A DNA stretch of 64,000 bases from an uncultured virus (IMG/VR IMGVR_UViG_3300030330_003596) (IMGVR_UViG_3300030330_003596); one strand, 5' to 3'; positions 10,473 to 20,906 are shown, counted from the stretch's first letter. Made by a program: numbers and translations. The notes: generated by a model from the sequence alone, not told the origin.

Positions 10473-12628
10473 CTTAATGTGCTTGAAGATGTACTTCTAT
10501 TAATTTTTGAACTTATCATTCTTCCAATCTCATCTGCCATTCTTCGCATTTCTGCCTTAGAGGAATCTTTTGCATTAATAGTTATATTGAAATTATTTAC
10601 TGTGCTACCTGTCATTTTTCGGCTATCAGTATTTGAATGGACTCTCGAACCCTTTGGTAAATTAACTAATTCTGGACCCCTTTCTCCAACAATTGTTAAT
10701 CCACCTGCTGAAACTCCACCCTCCGCCATTCCTGGAATTACACTTATTATTTTTCTAACTGCTGCGAAAATGACAACTCCTAATGCTGCTACAAGAATAA
10801 ACGGTAATGAAACTGGTAATAAACTGATAATAAATAATAATGCCTTAGCAGCAATAATTAGAGCCACTATATCACCAAGCATTTTAAATCCTTTTCCTTC
10901 AAGAATACCCTTACTCCATTCAAGGAATCCCACACCAAGAGAATAAACTAATGCTCCTATTACTGACAATGCACCTGCAAAGAGAGTTCCTGCAACACCA
11001 ATCAATACTTTACCTACGCCAATTACTATTTGTAATACCCCTTCAAATACTTTTCCAACATCTCCTTTAAGTAAGCCTGAAATAACTGCGCTAATTCCAC
11101 TTATTGTATCTATAACACCACTAACAACTGTTCCTAATAACCATTCAAATATTCCACTTACAATTCCATAAAACTCTTTTATTCTCTCAGAATTGGCTTC
11201 GAAAAATTTCTTGATAAATATGAATAAGAAACTGAATAATAATATATACATCGAAGCCATGAGTAAAAATCTGCTTACTTGAACTGCAATCTTTTTAATT
11301 CTAGCACGGAATTGTTGTCCTTTTGTATATGTATTATTTGCATTTTTTATTATTTCATCTTGTTTTTCAATAAATTTTTCATATCCTTGAGTCATTTTTT
11401 CATTAAATTCTAATCCTTTTTCAGCATAATATTGAAGATTTAAAATTGGTTTTGAAATGCCAAAACCTTTTTCCAGTTGTCTAGCAAGAATATTACCTCG
11501 CTTTTTTAATTTTTGTTGAACTCCCTTCTTTTCTTCCTTAAGTTCATCAAGTATTCCTTCAAGGTATTCTGCTTGCTCCTTTGCTGCATCTCTATCTAAT
11601 TGGCTTATGCTTGCATCAGTAGAAAGGTTTAACTGCTTTTTAAATTCTGTTTCTGTTTGTCCTATCTGTCCAGTTAATTCTTCTTCTTTTTCTGTTAATC
11701 TGCGAAGACCTTTTTTATCTATTGTTCCTGAAAATAACGTAGTAGTTAAAATATTGCCTGTTCCTTCGGCATCAGCCTTAAGAGTCCTCATTGTTCCGCC
11801 AATGAAATTTAAAGTAGAAGCAAATTTATTTACTAATCTAAAAGTTCCAGGTGGTAAAAACCCATACATGAATTTTCTAACAGAAGCAACTTCAACACCA
11901 AATACCTTTAATTCTTCTCTTGTTGAAGTTAAAAACTGAGCGAGATATTCAGCCCTTGTTCCGCCTTCTTCTAAGTATAATGACATTCCTTCAAAGAAAG
12001 GCAACTTTCTGTCGCCTGTTTCTTTTTTATATTTAGCAATTGCAACTCCAAGTATTCTACTCCGAGTATCTAAGTTTTCATTTGCTTCAATTTCTTTTTT
12101 GACAAACTTGCCATATTCTTCTTGAAGTTTTTTGAATGCTTCAACACGTTCCTTTTCTTTTCTAATCATTTCCTCAGCATCTTGAGGATTTTGGGTCTGT
12201 GCTTGATTTTGCATGGCAGTTGTTACTGCATCAATAGAAACCTGCAACTTTTGTTGCATTTCTATTTGGTCTTTAGTAAACTTTTCTTCTAATTTTTGCC
12301 TTGCTTCTATTTCTTTTTCACTTCTTTCATTTAATGTTTCTAAAATCTTTGCTGTTTTATCAGCACTATCTGTAAAACTTGCTAATAAGGAAGTATTAGT
12401 TTTGTTTAACTGACCTACTGCGACTTGGGCAGCATCATAGTTTTTTCCTAATGTTTCAATTTCAGTTTTATATCCCGCTACTCTATTTTTAAGTGTTGTG
12501 AATTTTTTAGATTGCTGTTCTATATGAGCATTAAGTGTTACAAATTTTTCAGATTGTTCTTCTAAATGTTTATTCATTTTTTGAACTTGTTCGGCAAGTC
12601 CTCGAAATTCATCAGACAAAGCAATCAC
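10469..12628 (-). CDS. Tail tape measure protein
   Basis: 719 aa; coiled-coil N-terminus, hydrophobic segments, C-terminal MAEGG...VGERGPELV motif; follows the tail chaperones. Confidence 0.8.
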   Translation of the reverse strand: MIALSDEFRGLAEQVQKMNKHLEEQSEKFVTLNAHIEQQSKKFTTLKNRVAGYKTEIETLGKNYDAAQVAVGQLNKTNTSLLASFTDSADKTAKILETLNERSEKEIEARQKLEEKFTKDQIEMQQKLQVSIDAVTTAMQNQAQTQNPQDAEEMIRKEKERVEAFKKLQEEYGKFVKKEIEANENLDTRSRILGVAIAKYKKETGDRKLPFFEGMSLYLEEGGTRAEYLAQFLTSTREELKVFGVEVASVRKFMYGFLPPGTFRLVNKFASTLNFIGGTMRTLKADAEGTGNILTTTLFSGTIDKKGLRRLTEKEEELTGQIGQTETEFKKQLNLSTDASISQLDRDAAKEQAEYLEGILDELKEEKKGVQQKLKKRGNILARQLEKGFGISKPILNLQYYAEKGLEFNEKMTQGYEKFIEKQDEIIKNANNTYTKGQQFRARIKKIAVQVSRFLLMASMYILLFSFLFIFIKKFFEANSERIKEFYGIVSGIFEWLLGTVVSGVIDTISGISAVISGLLKGDVGKVFEGVLQIVIGVGKVLIGVAGTLFAGALSVIGALVYSLGVGFLEWSKGILEGKGFKMLGDIVALIIAAKALLFIISLLPVSLPFILVAALGVVIFAAVRKIISVIPGMAEGGVSAGGLTIVGERGPELVNLPKGSRVHSNTDSRKMTGSTVNNFNITINAKDSSKAEMRRMADEIGRMISSKINRSTSSSTLR

Positions 12629-12828
12629 TTTCCTTTTCTTGCCTTCTCCATTTCTTCGGCTTCAAGTTCATTTTGTATATTTATCATCATTAACAAATCA
12701 TTAACTAAACTGTTTGGCATCTTATATACTTCTAAGGGGCTAATCGCCAAAGCCTTAGAAATGGTATAAACGACAACGAGAGAAACGTCTTGTGGTTGTA
12801 TTTTACCACTTTTCATCGCTCCTCTCAA
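12625..12828 (-). CDS. Tail assembly chaperone, frameshift extension (gpT-like)
   Basis: 67 aa in the -1 frame relative to the upstream chaperone; slippery A AAA AAC at 12840-12834. Confidence 0.7.
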   Translation of the reverse strand: MRGAMKSGKIQPQDVSLVVVYTISKALAISPLEVYKMPNSLVNDLLMMINIQNELEAEEMEKARKGK

Positions 12829-13202
12829 TCTTCGTTTTTTTCTTCATCTCCTGATAAAGATTCAAATGGGTTTGGTAAAATATCTTTGAGTTGATTTCCA
12901 ACGTAAGTATTTAACCTGAGAATATCAATTGCCGAAAGACTTGGTTCGGTCTTTGTAATGAAATTTTCAACCATGTATTTAAACATAGCATTCAAGTCTA
13001 AGTCCATTTGTTGCGTTCTTGTGTTAATATTCATAACGCTATTAATGGCTTTATCTACTTCAAGCCATGTGGGTTCTTTGACCCATACCTTGAGGTATTC
13101 ATCGCTTTCGGGTGCTACTTTAATATAATGTAGCGTAGGCTCGCTTAGTGCAAAAAGCACACTTTTATCTGATACAATCTTTTTGTTCAACATATTATCC
13201 AC
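12825..13202 (-). CDS. Tail assembly chaperone (gpG-like)
   Basis: 125 aa between tail tube and tape measure genes, ending in a slippery heptamer. Confidence 0.7.
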   Translation of the reverse strand: MDNMLNKKIVSDKSVLFALSEPTLHYIKVAPESDEYLKVWVKEPTWLEVDKAINSVMNINTRTQQMDLDLNAMFKYMVENFITKTEPSLSAIDILRLNTYVGNQLKDILPNPFESLSGDEEKNED

Positions 13203-13242
13203 CTTTTATACCAACAAACAAACAAACGGTGTTGGTGGAATA

Positions 13243-13362
13243 TTATTCTGCTAATTTAGATTTTACGGGTTCTTCGACCTCTTTTTTCTTTTCAGCCTTC
13301 TTTTTCTTTTTTGGTTTGGATGCTTCTACAATTTGAAGATTTTTTTCGTATCTTGAAACCAT
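13243..13362 (-). CDS. Small Lys-rich hypothetical protein (39 aa)
   Basis: MVSRYEKNLQIVEASKPKKKKKAEKKKEVEEPVKSKLAE with a GGGGTGA RBS; below the ORF-track cutoff. Confidence 0.55.
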   Translation of the reverse strand: MVSRYEKNLQIVEASKPKKKKKAEKKKEVEEPVKSKLAE

Positions 13363-13367
13363 TTTAA

Positions 13368-14987
13368 TCACCCCTGTAAAACCCAATGAGTTTTTACAAC
13401 GCAACCATCTGTTGCTAAGTTTCTTGGCATAACTGTTGCTTCAACAACAATTGGGCCTTTATCGTCTGGAATTGGGAAATTATTTGCACTAATGAAATAA
13501 TCATCGAATTTCAAAGTGATGCTTTCTCCATTTGATTTAGTAAAAATTAACTCAATAGTTTGAGTGGTATTTTCTGAATCATTCAAAAGAGCAGTATAAA
13601 GAGCATCATCGGTTACATGGCCTGTAAATGAAATTTCATACGTTCTTTGTGCAGGAATTGCTTCTTGTATGTCCTTTCCTCCCATTCCTAAAAATCTTCG
13701 GTCTTGAAGATTATTGTTCATGGTTAGTGTTAAAGTATTAATTTTTAAGAAATTATTTCCTAATACCTTAAATGTTCCATCTGAGAAAAAGAATGGTTCT
13801 CTCATTTGGTCAGTATTTGTGCTGCTTTCATAATTGAAGAAAGAAGTTTCAGCATCAACGCCTCTTCTTGCATCATATCGTTCACCTTGTGCTAAGTCAT
13901 GAACATTTTTGGTACTTAAATCAAGAGTCATTTTTACTTCTTCATTCTCGTTAGCGGTCATTGTCAAAGTATTTACTCGACAACCTCTTGCAATCTTTAC
14001 AAAATTTAAATCTTCTGCTTGCGAAGCAGTATTTGTTCTGTATTGATTAGTGCCAGTTAGTTTAGAAAGATTTTGTTCTAAAGCAAAGGAAGGCAATAAA
14101 TCACCATCCTGTTCTTTGAAGGTGTAAGTAATTGCGTCAGAAATTGTTGTTGAACCACTTGCTCTTGTTAATGTGACCATATCATTTAAAGTATGCAAAT
14201 GTGGAGCAAGTGGAGGACAAAATTTATTACCGATTGTTCTAAAGAAAAGAGGGCCAGTTTCACTAACTCCTGCAATATCTACTCCTGTTCCCGCAGAAAC
14301 TCCTGTTCCTTCAATAAAGATTTTATTATTATCTGCACCACCGCCTACTGCATAGATACTAGGAGTTCCGCCACCAACTCCCGCAACAGTAGCATTTACC
14401 TTATCACACTTTCCTAAGAAATAATAGAACCATGCAGCATGATTAGAAACAAAAGCAAGATTACCTCCACTAAAAGAAGTAATTCCTTTATATTGGTAAG
14501 TATAGTTTCTTGAACCACCGAGAGATAGATTTAATTGTTTCATTTCAACTTCTGTTGTTGGGAAGGTAGCACTTTCAAGAATACCTAACCATTCATCAGA
14601 TAAAAGTCTCTTAGTGGCTGTTCCTCCAGTTCCGTCCTTAACGGCAGGAACAGGCGCACCATATGATTTGATTACAAAATATGAACCTGCGGCAATATCT
14701 GTTAAACTGGGAGAAAATTTGATGTCATCTAAAGTGTTTGAAGAAACTCTATGTACTGATTGTAGTTCGTTACTGGAGTTATAAAATTCCAATAAACAGC
14801 CTTTATACAAATCAGTTACTAATAGGAAGGAAGAAGTAAAATCGCTATCTACTCTAATTTCATCAACTTCTCCTCTTCCTCCATTGAACGCTAAGCCGCT
14901 TGTATGCTTTCCACCAACATAAATATCATTTTCTGGTATAAATGTAATACTTGCTCCGCTTCCTAAAAATATTTCTTCATTTGCCAT
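13368..14987 (-). CDS. Major tail tube protein
   Basis: 539 aa; ARGCRVNTLTMT...TLTMNNNL...RTYEISFT pattern of siphoviral tube proteins; position. Confidence 0.75.
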   Translation of the reverse strand: MANEEIFLGSGASITFIPENDIYVGGKHTSGLAFNGGRGEVDEIRVDSDFTSSFLLVTDLYKGCLLEFYNSSNELQSVHRVSSNTLDDIKFSPSLTDIAAGSYFVIKSYGAPVPAVKDGTGGTATKRLLSDEWLGILESATFPTTEVEMKQLNLSLGGSRNYTYQYKGITSFSGGNLAFVSNHAAWFYYFLGKCDKVNATVAGVGGGTPSIYAVGGGADNNKIFIEGTGVSAGTGVDIAGVSETGPLFFRTIGNKFCPPLAPHLHTLNDMVTLTRASGSTTISDAITYTFKEQDGDLLPSFALEQNLSKLTGTNQYRTNTASQAEDLNFVKIARGCRVNTLTMTANENEEVKMTLDLSTKNVHDLAQGERYDARRGVDAETSFFNYESSTNTDQMREPFFFSDGTFKVLGNNFLKINTLTLTMNNNLQDRRFLGMGGKDIQEAIPAQRTYEISFTGHVTDDALYTALLNDSENTTQTIELIFTKSNGESITLKFDDYFISANNFPIPDDKGPIVVEATVMPRNLATDGCVVKTHWVLQG

Positions 14988-15022
14988 GCTATCTCCCCCT
15001 TTTCCTTACTTACTTACTTACG

Positions 15023-15535
15023 TTAGGGAATTGTTTGTGCGAATCGTTTTGCTTCTAATGTTACTTTATATCCGAATAAACGCTTGGCTCTATCATTAGA
15101 TTCGCTTCTTGAACCAAGAAATAACTGATTGAATTTTTCTCCGCTACTTGCAGTATAACCTTTGCGTTTGCTCTCAAGCGTCCTACGCAGTATCAAGTAT
15201 ATAGCCCTTAGCCTATCTTTTCCGTGTGAGGCATCTGCCCCGCCTCGCTCGTCATGTAATACTCTTATATGCAAAGTAAATGAATACGTCTCATTTCTTA
15301 TATCATAGTGAATTGTTGGATATTCTATGTTTTGTGAATCTTCAAACACAACAATTGTTGCAGGTGTCCTACTCAAATCTACACGAACACCCTTATTTGC
15401 AGATAATGTTCTAATGTCAATAAAATCAGGAGTAACTGCATGAGAAGCATCAATTTCTCCTGCACTAACAAGAGCAGTAGCATTAGACGACCAATTGTTT
15501 GATAATAAATCTAAGATAAGAGAGACTTCATCCAC
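15023..15535 (-). CDS. Tail terminator / tail completion protein
   Basis: 170 aa immediately upstream of the tail tube gene. Confidence 0.5.
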   Translation of the reverse strand: MDEVSLILDLLSNNWSSNATALVSAGEIDASHAVTPDFIDIRTLSANKGVRVDLSRTPATIVVFEDSQNIEYPTIHYDIRNETYSFTLHIRVLHDERGGADASHGKDRLRAIYLILRRTLESKRKGYTASSGEKFNQLFLGSRSESNDRAKRLFGYKVTLEAKRFAQTIP

Positions 15536-15714
15536 TCGCTAATCCCTCCTTCAACATATTTCTTAAATTCTTCGATAGCAAATTTTTTAACTTCTTCATC
15601 ACTAAAAGAAATATCATAACCTAAAACTTCTGATAGTTCTTTCATAGCCTTTTGTCTTTCTATTTGGATTTGAAGTAGTTCCTCAAATTTACGAGTATCA
15701 ATATTAAATTTCAT
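15511..15714 (-). CDS. Hypothetical protein (neck region)
   Basis: 67 aa ORF coupled to its neighbours. Confidence 0.5.
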   Translation of the reverse strand: MKFNIDTRKFEELLQIQIERQKAMKELSEVLGYDISFSDEEVKKFAIEEFKKYVEGGISEWMKSLLS

Positions 15715-15715
15715 A

Positions 15716-17029
15716 TTAATCTAAGAAATAAACTAAATCGCCTTTGCCTTTCAAAATATCCATCGCTTCTTTACGAAGTATATCATATTTTTCTTTAGTA
15801 GAAATATTGCCACCCGATTCTGTAATTAGAATACTTTGGTCATCATGTCGTATAATTTCAGATGCTGCTAATTTTGTTGTTGCTTCGTGAATAGCAGAAG
15901 GAACTCTATTATCACCAGCAATATATGAAACAATAACTGAATTATTTCTATGATAAGGATAATCTTTCAAAAAGAAAATACGGCCCTCTTCATTGATAGT
16001 CCAATAGTCTCCAAGTCTTCTTAAGTCTTCTTTGTCTGTAAAATCTATTAATGTGCAAACAGTTGGAATTTGTTCCGTAGTTGTAAATGTTAAAGTATTT
16101 GTTCCGCTTCCCGATGCTGTTCCACTTAACACCACATTTGTTGCATCAGTAATTGAAGCGATAGTAATTGTTCCTGTAATACCTGTTCCACTAACAGTCA
16201 TACCTACGGCTAATTTAGATGAATCAGAAACAGTAAGAGCCGTTGATGCATTTACAGTCGTACATGACTGTTTTATGGTAGCCTTGATGACGCAATCTGC
16301 CCCATCATCCCCCGAAAGTAGGGATGAGAAGAGAATTTGCTTGCCATTATTCTTGTTCTTGGCGGCATAGAAAAAGTCAGAAATGGATAAATTAGATTGA
16401 GTGAGGCTTTTCGGTGCAGTTGCACCAGTAAATTGAGACATTGAAGGAAAAGATTCGTTCACTAAAGAGATGATTTCTTCGTTGGTTGTTTTGATACCAA
16501 AGGTATTATTGAACTCATCGTTTGCTAAATCACTTAAATTGTTTTCAGCAATCATCTCAAAAGATACACCGTTGTTTGGTAATTGTAAAATAATGGAATG
16601 TAAGTCTCTAAAATTCTCAAGCAAAGTAATTTTGGCTTGAGCCGACGCAATTTCAATATACTGGCTACCTTGCCACAAAAGTAAAGAAACAATCTTTCTT
16701 ACTTTCATTTTTGCTAATTGAACAAAACCAACATGACCACCGTAATATGCCTTGTGTGGCAGGTGAGAAAATTCAAAGTTATGGTGTTCATCCTTTGTGA
16801 TAATTGGTCGGTATGACCGCTTTACCTTGTCATCAACGATTCCTTCCACCCTTTTGATAATTGAACCAACTTGGGCCAATGTGGGGAATGTTGAGACTGA
16901 AAAGGCAGGAACTTGAAGTAAGTTGGCAACTTCGGTAGCATTTGTATAGAATCCCCGACCTTGAGAATAATCAGGATTAATTTCTGTAAAATCGCTTGGC
17001 GAGATTGTTTGACCCATTTTAGACACCAA
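15716..17029 (-). CDS. Head-tail adaptor with inserted domains
   Basis: 437 aa; N-terminal YTNATEVANLL and C-terminal VSYIAG..VPSAIHEATTKLAA resemble gp15/gp6-type connectors. Confidence 0.6.
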   Translation of the reverse strand: MVSKMGQTISPSDFTEINPDYSQGRGFYTNATEVANLLQVPAFSVSTFPTLAQVGSIIKRVEGIVDDKVKRSYRPIITKDEHHNFEFSHLPHKAYYGGHVGFVQLAKMKVRKIVSLLLWQGSQYIEIASAQAKITLLENFRDLHSIILQLPNNGVSFEMIAENNLSDLANDEFNNTFGIKTTNEEIISLVNESFPSMSQFTGATAPKSLTQSNLSISDFFYAAKNKNNGKQILFSSLLSGDDGADCVIKATIKQSCTTVNASTALTVSDSSKLAVGMTVSGTGITGTITIASITDATNVVLSGTASGSGTNTLTFTTTEQIPTVCTLIDFTDKEDLRRLGDYWTINEEGRIFFLKDYPYHRNNSVIVSYIAGDNRVPSAIHEATTKLAASEIIRHDDQSILITESGGNISTKEKYDILRKEAMDILKGKGDLVYFLD

Positions 17030-18650
17030 TCATTCTCTTTAATTTTCTTACATTCTTTTTGAGTTTATTTGTGTAAGTAACCATACTTCTGTTTTGTCTT
17101 GAACGAGAACCGCTTAGGTTATATTCACCATGCTTAGTCGCTTCAAATGTTAATTCGACGTATGCTTCTCTAAAAGCATCTTTAAGGTCTTCTGCACGAA
17201 CAGTTTCGGCCATTACCTCTTCTTCACCAAATTCAGCAGAATCTTTTGTGCTTTTAACTCCACCTTCACTAATCTCATAATACCTAATTTCAGACTTATA
17301 GTTTTCTTTTTCTTCTTTTGGTAATTTAGCATATTCTTTTTCAGAAATAAAAACTGGGTTTCCATCCTCATCTTTTTCTGTCTTATGACTAAATGCTCTT
17401 TTAGATTGCTCATCAATCATAGATTGAGTTAATGGTTTTCCTTCTTTTCCTGTTTCTACATCCATTACTCGTAAATCTTCTGCTGCTTCAGTAGCAAACT
17501 CTCTATATGTTGGCGCAGTTTTCTTTTTGGTTCTAATATTTCCAATGACCTTAAAAGAATAAACTTCATCAGGAATAACTAAAAATGGTCTAAGTATTCT
17601 CATAATAATATTTTTAACTGCTTCATCTTTAAAGAAGCCTTCAATTGTTCCTGCTCCATCTCCTTCAAATTTAAGATAGGCTTGTTTGTCTGATTCACCT
17701 TGAGGAGTAAATTGATATGTATAATATTTATCTCCGATTTGAATAATATCTTCATCTCTCATTTCATCGGTTCTATCTAAACTGTCTGTTGCGGCTTGAA
17801 CAACATAGTTGTTTATTTCATCGTCAGTATCATCTGAAATCGGAATCTTTTCACCAACGGATTCAAATTCACCATCTTCATTTATTATGGCTTCAGTAAC
17901 ATAGTTATCTTGTGCAGATTCTATATCTAATTTTTGTAAAACAGATTCAGGAATATTAAAAGAGTAATCAATTACTTCCTTTGCAATATTTATTTTTGTA
18001 TTGCTCGGTCTATAACCTGCTTCTTGACCTGTTGTTTCTAAGATAAAATCAGCCTTTACTTTTTCTAAATCACCGTAATCAAATGCAGGAAACTTAGCCT
18101 CAATGTGTCCTTTAAGGCCACTTCGGGCAGGTTGGTGAGAATAATTAAATCTATCATTATATCTTGCGTGTTCTCTAAAAAGAAGTTCAAAGGCAATTTG
18201 GGGTTCTTTTCCATATGCTGAAAAAAAATCATCAAAATCAAAGTCAGGTAGTTTGGTTTTACCACCACGAATAAAAGAAACATCCGTTCCTCTTAATCTG
18301 CCAATAACTTTTCCACTAGTAATATCTCCAACTTTTTTATCTTCAATAAAAGAAAGATTTGCTTCATTAGGACTTTTATCTCTCTTACGAGAAAATATTT
18401 TCCATGAATCAGTATCTCTTTCTAAGATTGGCTTTAAAGGTTCATCAAGAACTTTTTCTAAGATTTTGGTTAATTCACTCTTTAATGCAGCACTATTTGG
18501 CTCACTATCTTCAACGCTTTCTTTTGCTTTTCTCACTCTACGACGAAATTCTTTATTACCGTCAAGAATGTAGTTTTTCATCTGCGTTTCAATAAAAGAC
18601 GCTGAACGGGGCAAACTAAGAGTCTGCTTACCCCAATTGAAATTAACCAC
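17019..18650 (-). CDS. Hypothetical protein
   Basis: 543 aa acidic ORF, no recognised motif. Confidence 0.6.
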   Translation of the reverse strand: MVNFNWGKQTLSLPRSASFIETQMKNYILDGNKEFRRRVRKAKESVEDSEPNSAALKSELTKILEKVLDEPLKPILERDTDSWKIFSRKRDKSPNEANLSFIEDKKVGDITSGKVIGRLRGTDVSFIRGGKTKLPDFDFDDFFSAYGKEPQIAFELLFREHARYNDRFNYSHQPARSGLKGHIEAKFPAFDYGDLEKVKADFILETTGQEAGYRPSNTKINIAKEVIDYSFNIPESVLQKLDIESAQDNYVTEAIINEDGEFESVGEKIPISDDTDDEINNYVVQAATDSLDRTDEMRDEDIIQIGDKYYTYQFTPQGESDKQAYLKFEGDGAGTIEGFFKDEAVKNIIMRILRPFLVIPDEVYSFKVIGNIRTKKKTAPTYREFATEAAEDLRVMDVETGKEGKPLTQSMIDEQSKRAFSHKTEKDEDGNPVFISEKEYAKLPKEEKENYKSEIRYYEISEGGVKSTKDSAEFGEEEVMAETVRAEDLKDAFREAYVELTFEATKHGEYNLSGSRSRQNRSMVTYTNKLKKNVRKLKRMIGV

Positions 18651-18660
18651 TTATTTCACC

Positions 18661-19320
18661 TCACATGAGCCATTTTGCCCAAGCAGCACCTTTTTGAATT
18701 GCTGAACCTAATCCCAAACCACTTGTAGGTGGTTCATAACTCATTTGTCCTTGAGCATCAATCCAGTAAGGACGGCCATATCCATCTGTTCCCGATGGAG
18801 GAACAGGATAGCCTGAACCATTATTCATAGCACCCTGCATTTGAGCATATTGTTGCTGATTGCCAGTAATTCCTGCAATTGCTGATGCTGCGGTTGGCTG
18901 CGTAATTTGTTGTATTCCATTACCACCACCAAAACCTTGAGATTCGAGATATTGTTGTTTGGCCATCTTTCTTTGCATAATAACTTCACTATTGATAGCC
19001 GATTGCAATAACTTTTGAATATCTAAATCAATATTTTCTTGAGTAATTCTTTCATATTCTCTCATAGCATCAGGATTTACAGAAATGATGTTTCCATTTT
19101 GACTAAATGCTAATTTACCTAGCATTTGAGAAACTACTCGTTCAACAACATCTTCCATTAACTTTTCAAGAGCAACCAAGAATTGTTCTCCATGATATTG
19201 AAAGAACTCTTCAACGTGATTTTCCTGTAAAGATAATAAGTTATTTACTGTCTTAAATTGTGCGTCTGATTGTTGCTGAACTGCTCCTAAAACTGTTTTA
19301 TTGCTTGTTCCAAATACCAT
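18661..19320 (-). CDS. Gln-rich coiled-coil protein (GTPase module)
   Basis: 219 aa; C-terminal amphipathic GLGSAIQKGAAWAKWLM. Confidence 0.6.
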   Translation of the reverse strand: MVFGTSNKTVLGAVQQQSDAQFKTVNNLLSLQENHVEEFFQYHGEQFLVALEKLMEDVVERVVSQMLGKLAFSQNGNIISVNPDAMREYERITQENIDLDIQKLLQSAINSEVIMQRKMAKQQYLESQGFGGGNGIQQITQPTAASAIAGITGNQQQYAQMQGAMNNGSGYPVPPSGTDGYGRPYWIDAQGQMSYEPPTSGLGLGSAIQKGAAWAKWLM

Positions 19321-19322
19321 AT

Positions 19323-20003
19323 TTATGCCTCCTTAACTACTTCTTCCTTTGCTTCTTCTTGCGGTAATTCATTTTGTGCTTGAACATTGTGCTTAAGCAT
19401 TAAATGATTGAGTCTTTCCGTCATAATATTTATTTCTGTAATCAAACGAATGACTTCATCCGTTGCCGTCTTTGAATCTCCTAATGCGGGTGGGGTTATA
19501 AACCATCCTGCTGATGTAAGGCTCATAACATCTTCTTTGCTTAAAGTCTTAATTGGCCCACCTTTAAGAATTTTAGGCATTCGTGGTTTGAAGGCACTAA
19601 ATTCTAAACCGTGCTTATCAGCAAGTATCTGTTGTTGTAGCATTTCTAATTGAACGTAAATAGAAGCATGCTTAGGACAATAAGTTCCCATTAGTGGTCG
19701 TCCTTTGACTACACCATCTAAAGGCATAGGTGGACGCATATAATCTCCTTGTTCCCAAACATGATGAAAACCGCAGACAACACACCTATCTTTAAGATTA
19801 AACTTTTTTCCATACTTAATACCTAAAAACTTCTTTGGTTCTGCTTTTAGAACCAATTTAAGTTCTTTTAATTGAGCCTTAGGTTTGTATGAAATAAACT
19901 TGTATTCTTGCACAACACCGCTTGCTCTTGCCTGTTTAAGTGGCGAAAGAGAAGGATTAAATTGTTGTGGTGCAGTTTGTCCTATAATATTATTTTGATA
20001 CAT
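19323..20003 (-). CDS. Putative Zn-binding protein (GTPase module)
   Basis: 226 aa; CVVC...CPKH motifs. Confidence 0.55.
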   Translation of the reverse strand: MYQNNIIGQTAPQQFNPSLSPLKQARASGVVQEYKFISYKPKAQLKELKLVLKAEPKKFLGIKYGKKFNLKDRCVVCGFHHVWEQGDYMRPPMPLDGVVKGRPLMGTYCPKHASIYVQLEMLQQQILADKHGLEFSAFKPRMPKILKGGPIKTLSKEDVMSLTSAGWFITPPALGDSKTATDEVIRLITEINIMTERLNHLMLKHNVQAQNELPQEEAKEEVVKEA

Positions 20004-20008
20004 AATAA

Positions 20009-20689
20009 TCAGTAGTCCTTTATCATTGTAGTAATTCCTCTATAAACCATTTCGGGGTCAGACTTTGCAGATACAATATATTTGAAACATGGTATTCCTT
20101 TATCGTTTAACTTTCTCATACCGTATTTAAATGGTTCAAAAATCTCATGTTTATCTATTTCTTGGCCTTCTGCTAACGGGTATTTTTTCCCCCAAATGTC
20201 ATATTTATTTGCCCAAATACCTATTGCGATTGGATAATCAGATTCTCTTTTCTTTTTTCCATTCGACCATCTGTTTGAAATTATTGAATCGACTAAAAAT
20301 TTCCATGCTAATTGGTGGTCTAAGTTAATTTCATTATCTAAATGTCGGTGGTCAATCATAAAAACAACGTATTTTACTCTTCGGTTTTGCATGTCTTTTT
20401 CCCATTCTTTCCAGTAAATTGCTTCTCCACCAATATCTGCACTTCTTACTGTATGAGAATTACCGTCTATTTTAACATTTTTTCTCGTTGCTCTATGTCG
20501 CCCAACAGTTCTTTCGTTAATTTGTGGCACTTCTCCTCTCGTTCTTAACTGATGACTTAATGTTGTTTTACCAACCATTGTTGCCCCATAAACTCCAAAA
20601 TTAATGGCGTGAACCTTTTTGTAGAATCCTATAATTGCTTCACCGACAAGAATAGCAAATCCTGTCATTAATGACATTAATGCCCCCAC
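20009..20689 (-). CDS. Ras-superfamily (Arf/Sar/Rab-like) small GTPase
   Basis: G1 GATMVGKTT, G2 ERTVG, G3 DIGGE, G4 NKYD, G5 SAK; hydrophobic N-terminal helix. Confidence 0.85.
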   Translation of the reverse strand: MGALMSLMTGFAILVGEAIIGFYKKVHAINFGVYGATMVGKTTLSHQLRTRGEVPQINERTVGRHRATRKNVKIDGNSHTVRSADIGGEAIYWKEWEKDMQNRRVKYVVFMIDHRHLDNEINLDHQLAWKFLVDSIISNRWSNGKKKRESDYPIAIGIWANKYDIWGKKYPLAEGQEIDKHEIFEPFKYGMRKLNDKGIPCFKYIVSAKSDPEMVYRGITTMIKDY

Positions 20690-20895
20690 CCGTTAAGGAG
20701 AGTATCAAAAAGCCAACCCATGACATTAATATCAAAAACACCTAAAATGTTTCCAACAAGAAAACCTGAAAGACAGGCACATGAACCCCAAAAAAGCATT
20801 CGCATCTTCAAAAAAAAGATGTCAGCAGAATGCGCTCTTTGCTGATTGTAAGCGTAGTCTGAATCAGAAAAGCCCATTATGTCGCCAAAGACCAT
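20677..20895 (-). CDS. Small membrane protein
   Basis: 72 aa; hydrophobic MLFWGSCACLSGFLVGNILGVF stretch. Confidence 0.6.
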   Translation of the reverse strand: MVFGDIMGFSDSDYAYNQQRAHSADIFFLKMRMLFWGSCACLSGFLVGNILGVFDINVMGWLFDTLLNGWGH

Positions 20896-20906
20896 TCTTT
20901 CACCGC

